Below, piece by piece: positions 17,651 to 27,218 of a DNA stretch of 33,738 bases. Both the position numbers and the translations under genes were made by a program. Source of the DNA: Thraustochytrium aureum (lineage: Eukaryota); the NCBI GenBank assembly GCA_012862495.1, contig BLSG01000402.1:309701-343438 (forward strand), read 5' to 3'. Within the stretch, counting starts at the first letter, position 1; each line of letters starts with the position of its first letter. Below the pieces are notes generated by a model that did no database searches, was not told where the DNA came from, and saw nothing but the letters and a program-made list of their open reading frames with translations.

Positions 17651-19578
17651 ATGGGTCCGAAAGGGACTCTGGCAATCGTTGCTGTTGCGGTGAGCTTGGC
17701 CTCGCTTGCGAGTGGGGAGTGCGTCGCCGTCGACTCGCGTGTCACGGACGAGTGGTGCGTGGCCAACGGCTGTGAAGTCGCCTATCCTGGGTATTGCTCG
17801 CTCTCTGAAGGCGGAGGCGGGGCGGGCGACAATGGAGGGGACGGCGCGGACGACGGGAATAGTGGCTCTGGCACCGGTAGCGCGGTGACCTGCAACGAAA
17901 ATGACCTGGTCAGCTCCCTGGCCGAGCATGCCAGCAAGCTCGAGAATGGGCAAGTGGATAGCATTCAGCTTGAACTGCCGGGAGAGCTCAAAGTCACCTG
18001 GGAGGTTCGCACCGGCGCTCAAGCCTTCGGACTCGCGTTTTCATTCAAGACAGCCGCAAGCGCGGAGTTTGTGGCCTCGTCGATCGAGGTGAGAGACGCA
18101 AAAGCTGTCCTTGTTGTATCCGACAGGACTGGCCAGCTCAAAGTCACGCAGAAGACGTCCGCTGCCGCAGCTAGGAGCTCCAATGTCGTAGCCAGCGCTC
18201 TCGCTATTGCGACCGCGTGTACGTGCGAGCCGAGAACCGCAGGATACGCTGGTGCCCTCGCTGCCGTGTCGCTCATGGTCACAGGTGTCGATGCAGCTTG
18301 CGCTGGCGGTGATACGGTGCACATCGCCATCACCATCCCCAGCGGATCGCGGTTTTCTTCCCTGGAGGACTTTATCACTACTTCAGTGTCGAATAATGGC
18401 GGTACGCTGGCCTTCGCCCGAGTGGCGTCTCGAGCCACCCTCGCACCAGTGACTCGCTCGCCGACCATTCCGCCGACGATCCCTGCTCCAACTACGCGTA
18501 GCCCCACTCGCTCACCCATCGTTGCGGGAGCGAGCGCGACGCGGGTCTTTGCGGAGCTCACGAACAGCCAAGCCGCCATCGAGAGCGATGTTTTGGTCTG
18601 GCAAACGCCAGACATGTCGTGGGCCCCCTCGACGCTGTACAGATTCAACGATCTCCTCAAGGGCGTGGAGGTGATGCACACCAAAGGAGCCGCAGGGTTT
18701 CAGCTTTACTTGGGCGCTGAAAGTGAGGGCGAAAAAGCGCACTTGTACGGACTTGTCAACATCGCCGCATTCTTGGCGCAGAGCATGAAGGAGACAATCA
18801 AGTACAATGCGTGTGATGAGAACAGCTGGGATCTTGTCAATGGCAAGTATCCGGCCAGCAACGCGTGCGGCCAACTCGGGCAAAGTTACCAGGACTACAC
18901 TTGCGACGCAGGTGAGGAAGACATGCAGTGCCCAATCGACCCCAGTATGGCGATTACCGCGACGACGAATGCTCTGTGGTATGGCGCCCCCGGCCCGCTT
19001 CGATGTGGGCCCAAGTCGAGCATTCCCGTTGCGGGCTACTGGGACTACGCCGCGCCGTGCCCACCGGAAGGCTGCAACGCGTACGAGGGCCAAAAGGCAG
19101 GTGTTCTCGTTCTTGAGGCTGCACCCAATGGCAAACAGCGAACCGACGTTGAGGGGTGCTGCTGGTGGGGCCGCGGCGTGATCCAGACCACAGGCCCCTG
19201 CAATATTGGCAAGCTCAACTACTTTCTCGGCGCCAAGGCGAAATCGCGCGGCATGGACGCGCCGTACCCCACGGTAGACTTTTGCTCCGACCCTGGCGCG
19301 ATCTGTGCGAGCGCTGAATTCCCGGAGCTCAAGTGGATTGCCGGCCTTTTTACTGGATGAACGCTGTGCAGACCTTTGACACTGCCGAGTTTAGCTACCT
19401 CTCTGAGCTGCGCAGTTTTGTTGACAATGGTTTGGCTGGGACAGCCTTCATCGACGCCGTTTCTGGAATCGTCAACCGGGGCTGCCCTCGAGCCAATTGC
19501 GGGTCGGGAGCTGTCGACGGGCTTGGGGACCGTCAAAGCAACTTTGAAAAGGTGCTAAAAGCCTTCGGACTCAAGTAG
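17651..19578 (+). CDS. Secreted GH19/lysozyme-like chitinase with a small N-terminal Cys module and PT linker; frame break near 19347-19351
   Basis: Signal peptide, then [18 protein letters not shown] module and Gly-rich and PTRSPT linkers. [13 protein letters not shown] corresponds to the GH19 AAFLAQxxHET catalytic Glu motif, and [13 protein letters not shown] to YGRGPIQL. The C-terminal part FYWMNAVQ...[13 protein letters not shown]...[15 protein letters not shown] continues in another frame. Confidence 0.85.
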
Positions 19579-19642
19579 AGCGCCCGAGGCGCCCGCCATC
19601 CGTCGCGGCCATAAATCCAACAACAATGTTTTACTACTACTA

Positions 19643-20533
19643 CTACAAGTGCTCCGCGCCAGGGTCGATGCCTGGCCCTCGTGAGCTGCTAGCTGAATCA
19701 CCGCCTTGGAGCCCGCGCTCCTGAGACGCGGCGAGCTTGCCGCCACCTTGGCCGTCGATCTGCACTGCCGCGGACCCCACAAGCAAGGCCTTGTCGTAGT
19801 GCTCCAGCAACCGTCGGAGTAGGCCGATTGGGTTGATGATCGGCCGAGCAAGCTTTGCCGCTCTCGTCGCTTCGTTCGCGGAGTACCGGCACTGGCGCAT
19901 GAGCCACGCCACGCCGGTTGTCCCAGCCCTGTGCGCGCCAGCAAGGCAGTGGATGAGAACCGAGACGCCATTGCAAAGCGCCTCGTCAATAAACGCCCAA
20001 ACTGGCGAGAAAAAATCCCGAACCGCGGCTTTCGTGAGCGGTTTCGGGATGGCGGACATCCAGCCGCTGATGTGAAAGCGGCAGTATCGGATGTCGCCCT
20101 GGCTGGCCAAATACAGCGGCATGCTGTCCGTGCAGTTCACAACGGCGCCAATGCCGTGCTCATCCAGTATTTGTCGGGACTTTGNNNNNNNNNNNNNNNN
20201 NNNNNNNNNNNNNNNNNNNNNNNNNNNNNNNNNNNNNNNNNNNNNNNNNNNNNNNNNNNNNNNNNNNNNNNNNNNNNNNNNNNNNNNNNNNNNNNNNNNN
20301 NNNNNNNNNNNNNNNNNNNNNNNNNNNNNNNNNNNNNNNNNNNNNNNNNNNNNNNNNNNNNNNNNNNNNNNNNNNNNNNNNNNNNNNNNNNNNNNNNNNN
20401 NNNNNNNNNNNNNNNNNNNNNNNNNNNNNNNNNNNNNNNNNNNNNNNNNNNNNNNNNNNNNNNNNNNNNNNNNNNNNNNNNNNNNNNNNNNAGCCGGCCG
20501 CGCCCGCGCCGCCCACTGGCGCCTGTCCGCCAT
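19643..20533 (-). CDS. Dual-specificity protein phosphatase (partly in N gap 20185-20491)
   Basis: GIGAVVNCT and VLIHCLAGAHRAG (HCx5R active site), followed by YSANEATRAAKLARPIINP. The probable start MADRRQW at 20533 lies across the gap and is tentative. Confidence 0.85.
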   Translation of the reverse strand: MADRRQWAARARPAXXXXXXXXXXXXXXXXXXXXXXXXXXXXXXXXXXXXXXXXXXXXXXXXXXXXXXXXXXXXXXXXXXXXXXXXXXXXXXXXXXXXXXXXXXXXXXXXXXXXXXXKSRQILDEHGIGAVVNCTDSMPLYLASQGDIRYCRFHISGWMSAIPKPLTKAAVRDFFSPVWAFIDEALCNGVSVLIHCLAGAHRAGTTGVAWLMRQCRYSANEATRAAKLARPIINPIGLLRRLLEHYDKALLVGSAAVQIDGQGGGKLAASQERGLQGGDSASSSRGPGIDPGAEHL

Positions 20534-20625
20534 CCTCGCCGCAGCAGGTCGGCTCGCAGCCCTGCCAGTGCCAGCTGTTCTCCCTCCGCTGCCTGCCCGC
20601 ATCCATGCGCCGACCCACCCTTTTC

Positions 20626-20749
20626 TTGATTTTCAATATCATTCTTGATTTTCAATATTAGTATTATTATTGATTTTCAAGGTCAAGATCAATAACCTAA
20701 TCCTTGAGAGCCACTCATTTGAATTGATTTCAATCTTGATCTTGATCAA
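20626..20749. promoter_or_regulatory. Second AT-rich island with TTGA-N-TCAA palindromes
   Basis: TTGATTTTCAA at 20626, 20645 and 20670, TTGATTTCAA at 20724 and TTGATCAA at 20742. The island lies about 90-220 nt upstream of the presumed phosphatase ATG. Confidence 0.5.
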
Positions 20750-21661
20750 GATACTTTACTACCGAACTCCGCAGCGATGGCGATCGGCTCGCAGCCAGAG
20801 CAATCGAATCGGACGTCGTTTTTGTCCCCTCCGCGCCTCATGCCCACGTCGATTCCCAGCGCGGCCCAGCGCATGATCACCAAACTTTGAAGATTGGGTT
20901 TTGATTGATCTTGACGCTCCGGCCGCTTGGGCGTGAACGATTGGGCAACAACCACCCACCGTGGCACTCGTATTTGCGGCAGCTCGCTGGAGAGGACGCG
21001 GAGCAGTTTCCGTGGAGGAGCTCATGATGCATCTCAAAGGTGACGTGGGTTTTGACGGATGGCTGCCGGCCAACACGCGATGTCCGTGACGACCAGGCTT
21101 GGCTGCGTTCGCGCCTTCGGAGAGCTCCCTGGGTGAGCTAGTTTCATTTTTGAATCGCGAACGATGGATGATGCAGTGGAATCGGCCTAGGACCGCGAGG
21201 GCACGCTGCTCAAACAAACAGAGTCGAATCCTCCTTGCTCAATCACTCCATGTGGTTGGGTGTTATGTTGCTCTACGCTGCGCAAAACGACGTCGTGGGT
21301 CAGGCAGCACCAACAGGGACGTCTCGCTGCGCCACGGAGGCGGCTCGCTGGTGAGGACCCCAGGCCGGCCTTGCTCAGTCAAACTGGATGCAGTTGGCGA
21401 GCATCTCTGAAACAAAGGTCGTCGAGAGACTCGGGGACCAACGGGGCGCAGATATTTCGGGTCTGAAGCTGCAGAGGCGTGCCGGCTCCACAGTGAGGTA
21501 GGAGCGGCGGTCGCAGGCCCAAGAACAACTCCGCCGCTTACTAGAGTAGCTCTAGCTCCAGAGAGAGTTCACCTCAGGCCAAGCCGAACACTTTTCGTCT
21601 CTCAAAAAGGACGAGAGGTATGAAGCCAACGTAGAGTATTCTACACAACGCAAGTGCCCAA

Positions 21662-21819
21662 GAACCAGGGAGCCCAGTCGGGTCAAATGCAGTCCTCCTC
21701 TCACTGGGAAAGTAGACGAGGAGGGAGGGCTCGTGTGGTGAACCAGGGAGCCCAGTCGGGTCAAATGCGGTCCTCCTCTCACTTGGAAAGTAGACGAGGA
21801 GGGAGGGCTCGTGCGGTGA
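21662..21819 (+). repeat. 78-bp tandem duplication (2 copies, 3 mismatches)
   Basis: The unit GAACCAGGGAGCCCAGTCGGGTCAAATGC(A/G)GTCCTCCTCTCACT(G/T)GGAAAGTAGACGAGGAGGGAGGGCTCGTG(T/C)GGT starts at 21662 and 21740. Confidence 0.92.
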
Positions 21820-21963
21820 GTTAGACACGACATATGGAGGGCAGTCACCCAACGTTGAGCGTGGTGGCGAGGCCAAAACGAAAGAACGAAAGCGCGAGTT
21901 GGCTGGCGGCCACTCTCTGCGTGGGCAAGCGCAGGTCAGACCAAAGCCCCAAGCAACAAGGAC

Positions 21964-22471
21964 ATGGACCAGACTCACGTGAGCCAAGCGACAGTGGGCT
22001 CTCGAGGCGGTAAAAGTCGGATGAAGCTCGACGTGGATGATGTAGTTGCAGTGGAGGAGCAGGTGGGCCTCATCAGCAACCAAAAGCCGCCGAATGCGAA
22101 ATGGGCTCATAGCGGCTCGCGTGGCAAGAGGGGCCTGCGCCTTGCAGCTGTGCTCGTGGTGGCTTCTCTTACCGCCGTGGCTCGCTTTGTCACCAAGGGA
22201 GGAGGTGCAACTTTGCACAGAAACGCAAACGCCACAGCGCTTGGCAGTGACTCGGGTGACTCGTACATCTCGGCGGAAATGAGCGAGGTGTATCGCAGGC
22301 CTGAGACAAAGTCCGGTACGTATCAGGAGTCGGCGCGAGGGTTCGACGCCATGCACGAGAGTACCATAGAAGCCGTTCTTGAGGAAACGCTTCCCACCAG
22401 CGAGCGCCTTCAAGTCGGCCAACTCCTCCCATCGACCAAGCTAGCATACCAGGACACATGCCCTCCAAGCC
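21964..22471 (+). CDS. Hypothetical type II membrane protein, 3' part lost in N gap 22472-23121
   Basis: ATG at 21964 (alternative 22021). Basic residues precede a hydrophobic segment LAAVLVVASLTAVARFV, followed by a stem region. The frame is open to the gap. Confidence 0.5.
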
Positions 22472-23188
22472 NNNNNNNNNNNNNNNNNNNNNNNNNNNNN
22501 NNNNNNNNNNNNNNNNNNNNNNNNNNNNNNNNNNNNNNNNNNNNNNNNNNNNNNNNNNNNNNNNNNNNNNNNNNNNNNNNNNNNNNNNNNNNNNNNNNNN
22601 NNNNNNNNNNNNNNNNNNNNNNNNNNNNNNNNNNNNNNNNNNNNNNNNNNNNNNNNNNNNNNNNNNNNNNNNNNNNNNNNNNNNNNNNNNNNNNNNNNNN
22701 NNNNNNNNNNNNNNNNNNNNNNNNNNNNNNNNNNNNNNNNNNNNNNNNNNNNNNNNNNNNNNNNNNNNNNNNNNNNNNNNNNNNNNNNNNNNNNNNNNNN
22801 NNNNNNNNNNNNNNNNNNNNNNNNNNNNNNNNNNNNNNNNNNNNNNNNNNNNNNNNNNNNNNNNNNNNNNNNNNNNNNNNNNNNNNNNNNNNNNNNNNNN
22901 NNNNNNNNNNNNNNNNNNNNNNNNNNNNNNNNNNNNNNNNNNNNNNNNNNNNNNNNNNNNNNNNNNNNNNNNNNNNNNNNNNNNNNNNNNNNNNNNNNNN
23001 NNNNNNNNNNNNNNNNNNNNNNNNNNNNNNNNNNNNNNNNNNNNNNNNNNNNNNNNNNNNNNNNNNNNNNNNNNNNNNNNNNNNNNNNNNNNNNNNNNNN
23101 NNNNNNNNNNNNNNNNNNNNNTTTGAAGGCTGTTGACAAAATCCGCAACAATTTGCTTGCCGAACCCTGACTGGCCGTCCACAGTTTT

Positions 23189-24334
23189 TCAGGCTTGTCC
23201 AAACGCTGGATTTGCAAAGGCAGGGTTGGAGGCCTCGAACACGCCGCCCTTGTCGTGGTCCGGCGGCCCGATGTAGACCTTGCTCGCTGCCGCAGTAAGC
23301 CGTTGCTGCGTCTGCCGGCGGCGCCTGCGCACGGTGACCATCACAGCGAGACCGGCAGCGAAGAGAAGCGTCGCACCCCCGGCCGCGCCTGCAACTACAA
23401 GCATGCTACTCTCCTCTCCAGCATTGCGCTGCGGCTGTCCAGCCACTTGCGCAGTTGGCGGTTTCGTCGGTGCCGGGCTTGGGTCTAAAGTCTGCGATGG
23501 AGGTTCAGTGATTGGGGCCGCAGTTGGGGAGCTTGAAGGACGCGTAGTGGGAAGCGATGGCGAGCCTGACGGGGCCAATGTCGGCGCAATACTCGGTGCC
23601 GCTGTCGTCGGGCTCGCTGACGGTTCAGGGGTTGTGGGCGACAAACTCGGAGAGCGAGTCGGAGATCCGCTTGGGACTGCAATTGTCGGGCTGGCCGTCG
23701 GCTTTGCCGTCGTTGGCGAGCGCGTCGGGTTGCGGGTGGGCGTCCGCGAAGGTGATCGTGTCGGAGTCGCAGTTGGCTGCGCAGTTGGCTCTCTCGTGGG
23801 CGATCCAGTGGGTTTGCGGGTTGGCGTCTTTGTTGGGGCTTGTGTCGGGCCAGGCGTCGGAAATCGAGTCGGGCTACCGGACGGTGACCTCGACGGTGAG
23901 GTCGTCGGCTGTCGAGTTGGCGACGCTGTCGGCTTCGGCGTCACGGGGGAGCGCGAAGGCGCCGTCGAAGGGCGTTTTGACGGCGCCTTCGTGGGTGCGT
24001 TGGTGGGCCTTGGCGTTGGTGATTTTGTTGGGGCTTGGGTGGGCCTTCGCGTTGGTGACTTTGTAGGTGCTTTGGTGGGCTTTCGCGTTGGCGACTTTGT
24101 AGGAGATGAAGTTATTAGACAGCACTTGTATTTCCTTTCCCAGGCAAGACCGCAGAAATTCCAGTCTCCAACCCAGGCAGACCGGGTTGTTTCACCGTTA
24201 TGCGCCCAACCAGCGCCGCAGTTTTCATTCGTAGCACACGAGGACCATCTTGCTTGGTTGCACGCTTTTGCACTGGGGAGAAGCAGCGCTACGGTGAGAT
24301 GCAGGATGAGGACTCGGAGGCCGAGAGGCACCAT
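23189..24334 (-). CDS. Type I membrane mucin-like surface protein with PT(K/R)SPT stalk
   Basis: Signal peptide MVPLGLRVLILHLTVALLLPSAKA, six-Cys/Trp-rich head, ~200-aa P/T/S tetrapeptide repeat stalk, TM MLVVAGAAGGATLLFAAGLAVMVTV, RRRRR stop-transfer, and a tail with two NPAF motifs. Confidence 0.9.
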   Translation of the reverse strand: MVPLGLRVLILHLTVALLLPSAKACNQARWSSCATNENCGAGWAHNGETTRSAWVGDWNFCGLAWERKYKCCLITSSPTKSPTRKPTKAPTKSPTRRPTQAPTKSPTPRPTNAPTKAPSKRPSTAPSRSPVTPKPTASPTRQPTTSPSRSPSGSPTRFPTPGPTQAPTKTPTRKPTGSPTREPTAQPTATPTRSPSRTPTRNPTRSPTTAKPTASPTIAVPSGSPTRSPSLSPTTPEPSASPTTAAPSIAPTLAPSGSPSLPTTRPSSSPTAAPITEPPSQTLDPSPAPTKPPTAQVAGQPQRNAGEESSMLVVAGAAGGATLLFAAGLAVMVTVRRRRRQTQQRLTAAASKVYIGPPDHDKGGVFEASNPAFANPAFGQA

Positions 24335-25722
24335 TCTCAAGCCCTCGTGTCTGGCGAGGCGAGTGTTTTGGGTGTTGTCAATGGACGAGGTGCGCTGCCA
24401 GTCCTCGAGTTTGGGTTTTGCGGTTGCCTAGTAGTTTGTGAAAAGCGCGCTGCTGCATTGCTGCACCATTTTTAAAGCTGTCAGCGACTCGGCGCCTGGG
24501 ACCAGCAACTAGGTATGAAATCGGAGACCGCAAAGCTGGCGGTGGAAGTACCGGCCATCACGCGCTGGAGAGTTCTCACTTTCTCCGACGCCAGTCTTCG
24601 TTTCTGGATTGCGCTTACTGTCGCCGCTCTGCGTTGCAGAGTCTTGGATCTGGGTGGTCATGCATCGTCCTTGCAACGCCGCCAAGCCTCGGTGGGCGGA
24701 TCCTGTTCCTAGCTGCGTCGGCGCACTTTCATTTCGCGCACGTCCAGGAGACATACTCCAACTCGTACCTACCCTTCCGGTGAGCGATTGCTTGCGCGCC
24801 AAGGCAATGCACAGCGTAGCGTTGAGTAAAGTTCTCAGAAGAATGGGTAGAGTACGTAGCAATCATCGCCGGATCGGTGCCCCGAAGAAACGATGCTGCG
24901 CCTTGGTGACAGCAGCCTCAGGAGATTTGCGTCGGCCACGGCGATCCAGTCCACTCCAGCGACCTCGACGAAGCGTGGAGGAGGGTTGAATAATCAACAA
25001 AACCATCTCCACCACCACGGATCGTCGCTATCGCTTTGTTGAGAGATAGGCCAACGGCCTGGCGCCCCAAGCAAGGAGGAGGTCCCAAGCTTGAGCGCCC
25101 ATGCACGACGGCGGGATCCGAACCGCCGGCTATTTCGCGGGGACAACCGTTTTGCATGCTCCGCGCGTTTGTCAAACGCGAGGAAGTACGAGAGTATTCG
25201 TACTTCCTCGTCAGTCCTGTCTCGTATGTACTCTACTCTACTCAGTACTCCCTATCGGCCTATCGGTTCGTTGTGTGCCTGCGGTGTGCGGATCTGCTCA
25301 TCGCCACCCCCCGCATGAAGGACAACGCCAAGATGGGACAGAAGAACAGTCCTTCAACAGACCCAACACGTGGCCGACGGGCCCAGAACCCTGCCCACGA
25401 GGCCAGGAGCAAGCCGCCGCACGGCGCTTGCTCGAGACGCTCGCAAGAGCAACTGGTAGACTGGGCGCTCTTTCCTTCCACGCCAACGAGGGCCCTCGAC
25501 GGTCTGTTGGTCTCTTGGTGCATGAACATGAGCGAGTAGAGTGAGTACGATGAATCGAGAAGAGCATCTACTCTGCCAATACCTACCCGAGTGCACTCTA
25601 CTTGCCACGAGCGTGAGAGTACTCTCCGGACCGCCTCGCACCCGCTCTCTCGCCAAGGCGTCAGGGCCTCCCTCTAGAGCCAGAGGGCTCTGCGCTCGCG
25701 CGCACGCAGCGCCTGGCGCACG

Positions 25723-26955
25723 ATGCCTGAGGCAGGCGGCTCGGCGATGCGCGAGGTGGGCTGCCAGGTGCGAGCCGCTGGTTTGGTACTCGGTGACCGC
25801 GCTCGCCGGGAGCTCGAGGCCGAGGCTGACGCAGGCGTGGAGCTCGCGCTGCTTGGCCGTGCCGCGTCCAGCACACGGGCGGCGACTCGGGCGCGCAACG
25901 CCGCTTGGGAGAGGCTGCACCAGGGCGAATGGAGCCGGGTGAGCCAAGGTTGGCGCGCCACATTTGCGGCCGCATGCTGCGCCCTCGCGGCTGAGCTGTT
26001 GCTGGCAGGCGAGACGCGGGACCAGGGCGCGGCGGTGGCTGAGGCTCTGCGCGAGCTGGACCTTGCTCTGGTTCTCGGTGGCCGGTGCGACGCGGTGATG
26101 CAAGCGTGTACGAGACTTCATGCGCTGCTCCCAGCCGTAGACCTGCACGAGCTTGAAGGAGCTGGGGCGCGGCGCGATGCCAAGGCGAGTCCGCTGCCCG
26201 GGGCTCGCCGCGTTCCCGTTGCTGCACGGCCCTCGACCTTTTTCTTCCTTCGAGAGTGTATGCGGCCAGGGCGCCCGTATGTGCTGCAACAGTGCATGGA
26301 CCATTGGCCAGCATTCAGCGGGGAGGGGCGGCGCGGGCCGTGGGGTGGGCCGCGTGCGTTCTGCGAGGCGCTGGCATGGCGCACCGTACCAGTTGAGCGT
26401 GGCAAGGACTACCTTGCAACAACCTGGTCTCAAGAGCTTTGCTTGGTCAAAGACTTTGCGCAAGCGTGGCTCAGAGGCGAGGCGGTGTACTTGGCCCAGC
26501 ACCAGCTGTTCGATCAGGTGCTAGAGCTAGACTCGGGGGCGATTGAGCCCGACTATTGCGCGGTTTCGTTGTTGGATGCCGGACCAGACGCGACGCCGGT
26601 GGCTCGAAATGCCTGGGTGGGGCCAGGAGGAACCGTCTCGCGGCTCCACCGTGACGCACGGCACAATCTTCTATGCCAGGTTTGGGGACGAAAGCGTGTT
26701 GCTCTTCTGAAACCTGCGGACGAGGAGCAGATCTATCCGTGCAGGGTCGAGGGAGGCCGTTTCGGGAACACGAGCGAGATCGACCTGGGCTTGCCTTGGT
26801 TGCAGGTTCTGGACAAGTACCCTCGGCTTGGCGAGGTCTGTGACATCGAGGAGTGCGAGCTGGAGGCGGGCGAGATACTGTTTATTCCAAAAGGCGTGTG
26901 GCACTTTGTGGTGGCTCTCGACGCAAGCATGTCAGTTAGCTTTTGGTGGGACTAG
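25723..26955 (+). CDS. KDM8: JMJD5/KDM8-like JmjC (cupin_8) 2-oxoglutarate oxygenase
   Basis: AWERLHQGEWSRV..WR, ELDLALVLG, RTVPVERGKDY, YLAQHQLFDQV.EL...I.EPDYC, NAWVGPGGTVSRLHRDARHNLLCQVWGRKRV (HxD), LFIPKGVWHFV (distal His) and SMSVSFWW. Confidence 0.92.
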   Translation: MPEAGGSAMREVGCQVRAAGLVLGDRARRELEAEADAGVELALLGRAASSTRAATRARNAAWERLHQGEWSRVSQGWRATFAAACCALAAELLLAGETRDQGAAVAEALRELDLALVLGGRCDAVMQACTRLHALLPAVDLHELEGAGARRDAKASPLPGARRVPVAARPSTFFFLRECMRPGRPYVLQQCMDHWPAFSGEGRRGPWGGPRAFCEALAWRTVPVERGKDYLATTWSQELCLVKDFAQAWLRGEAVYLAQHQLFDQVLELDSGAIEPDYCAVSLLDAGPDATPVARNAWVGPGGTVSRLHRDARHNLLCQVWGRKRVALLKPADEEQIYPCRVEGGRFGNTSEIDLGLPWLQVLDKYPRLGEVCDIEECELEAGEILFIPKGVWHFVVALDASMSVSFWWD

Positions 26956-27218
26956 AGTAGAGCTGCAGAGAGCGAGCGCGTTGATAGAGGGCTCCGCGAG
27001 GAGGACAGGAAAGAGGCGCGCTTGCATCGTGCGGTTGACGAGGCCTTGCCAGCCCACATCCGCTCGGTTTGTTGGAGCGAGCTGCAGCATTTGCCAATAC
27101 GCCGGAAAAGCGCAGTCGTGATTCTCCCAGCAAAGGTGGGGGTGAGTAGGATCTGCTCCTTGCGGGGCGGGCGCTGGTCGGGTACTGGTCTACCGCTGGA
27201 CGCGCTCGGGCACGGACG

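Noticed and set aside
5123..19351. Programmed ribosomal frameshifting as a shared mechanism for the three frame breaks
   Set aside because: The breaks differ in direction and sequence, lack a common slippery heptamer or stop context, and all lie in homopolymers of a gappy draft; sequencing error is more parsimonious.
20759..21550. Short ORFs on both strands
   Set aside because: No recognisable motif or consistent coding signal; left unannotated, although a small or degraded gene cannot be excluded.
23280..24431. 383-aa VG-repeat ORF on the plus strand
   Set aside because: Mirror of the PT-repeat mucin gene, which has the signal peptide and TM segment.
24509..25567. Overlapping ORFs of 65-167 aa between the mucin and JmjC genes
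   Set aside because: No homology cues; contains intergenic-type TACTCTACT tracts.
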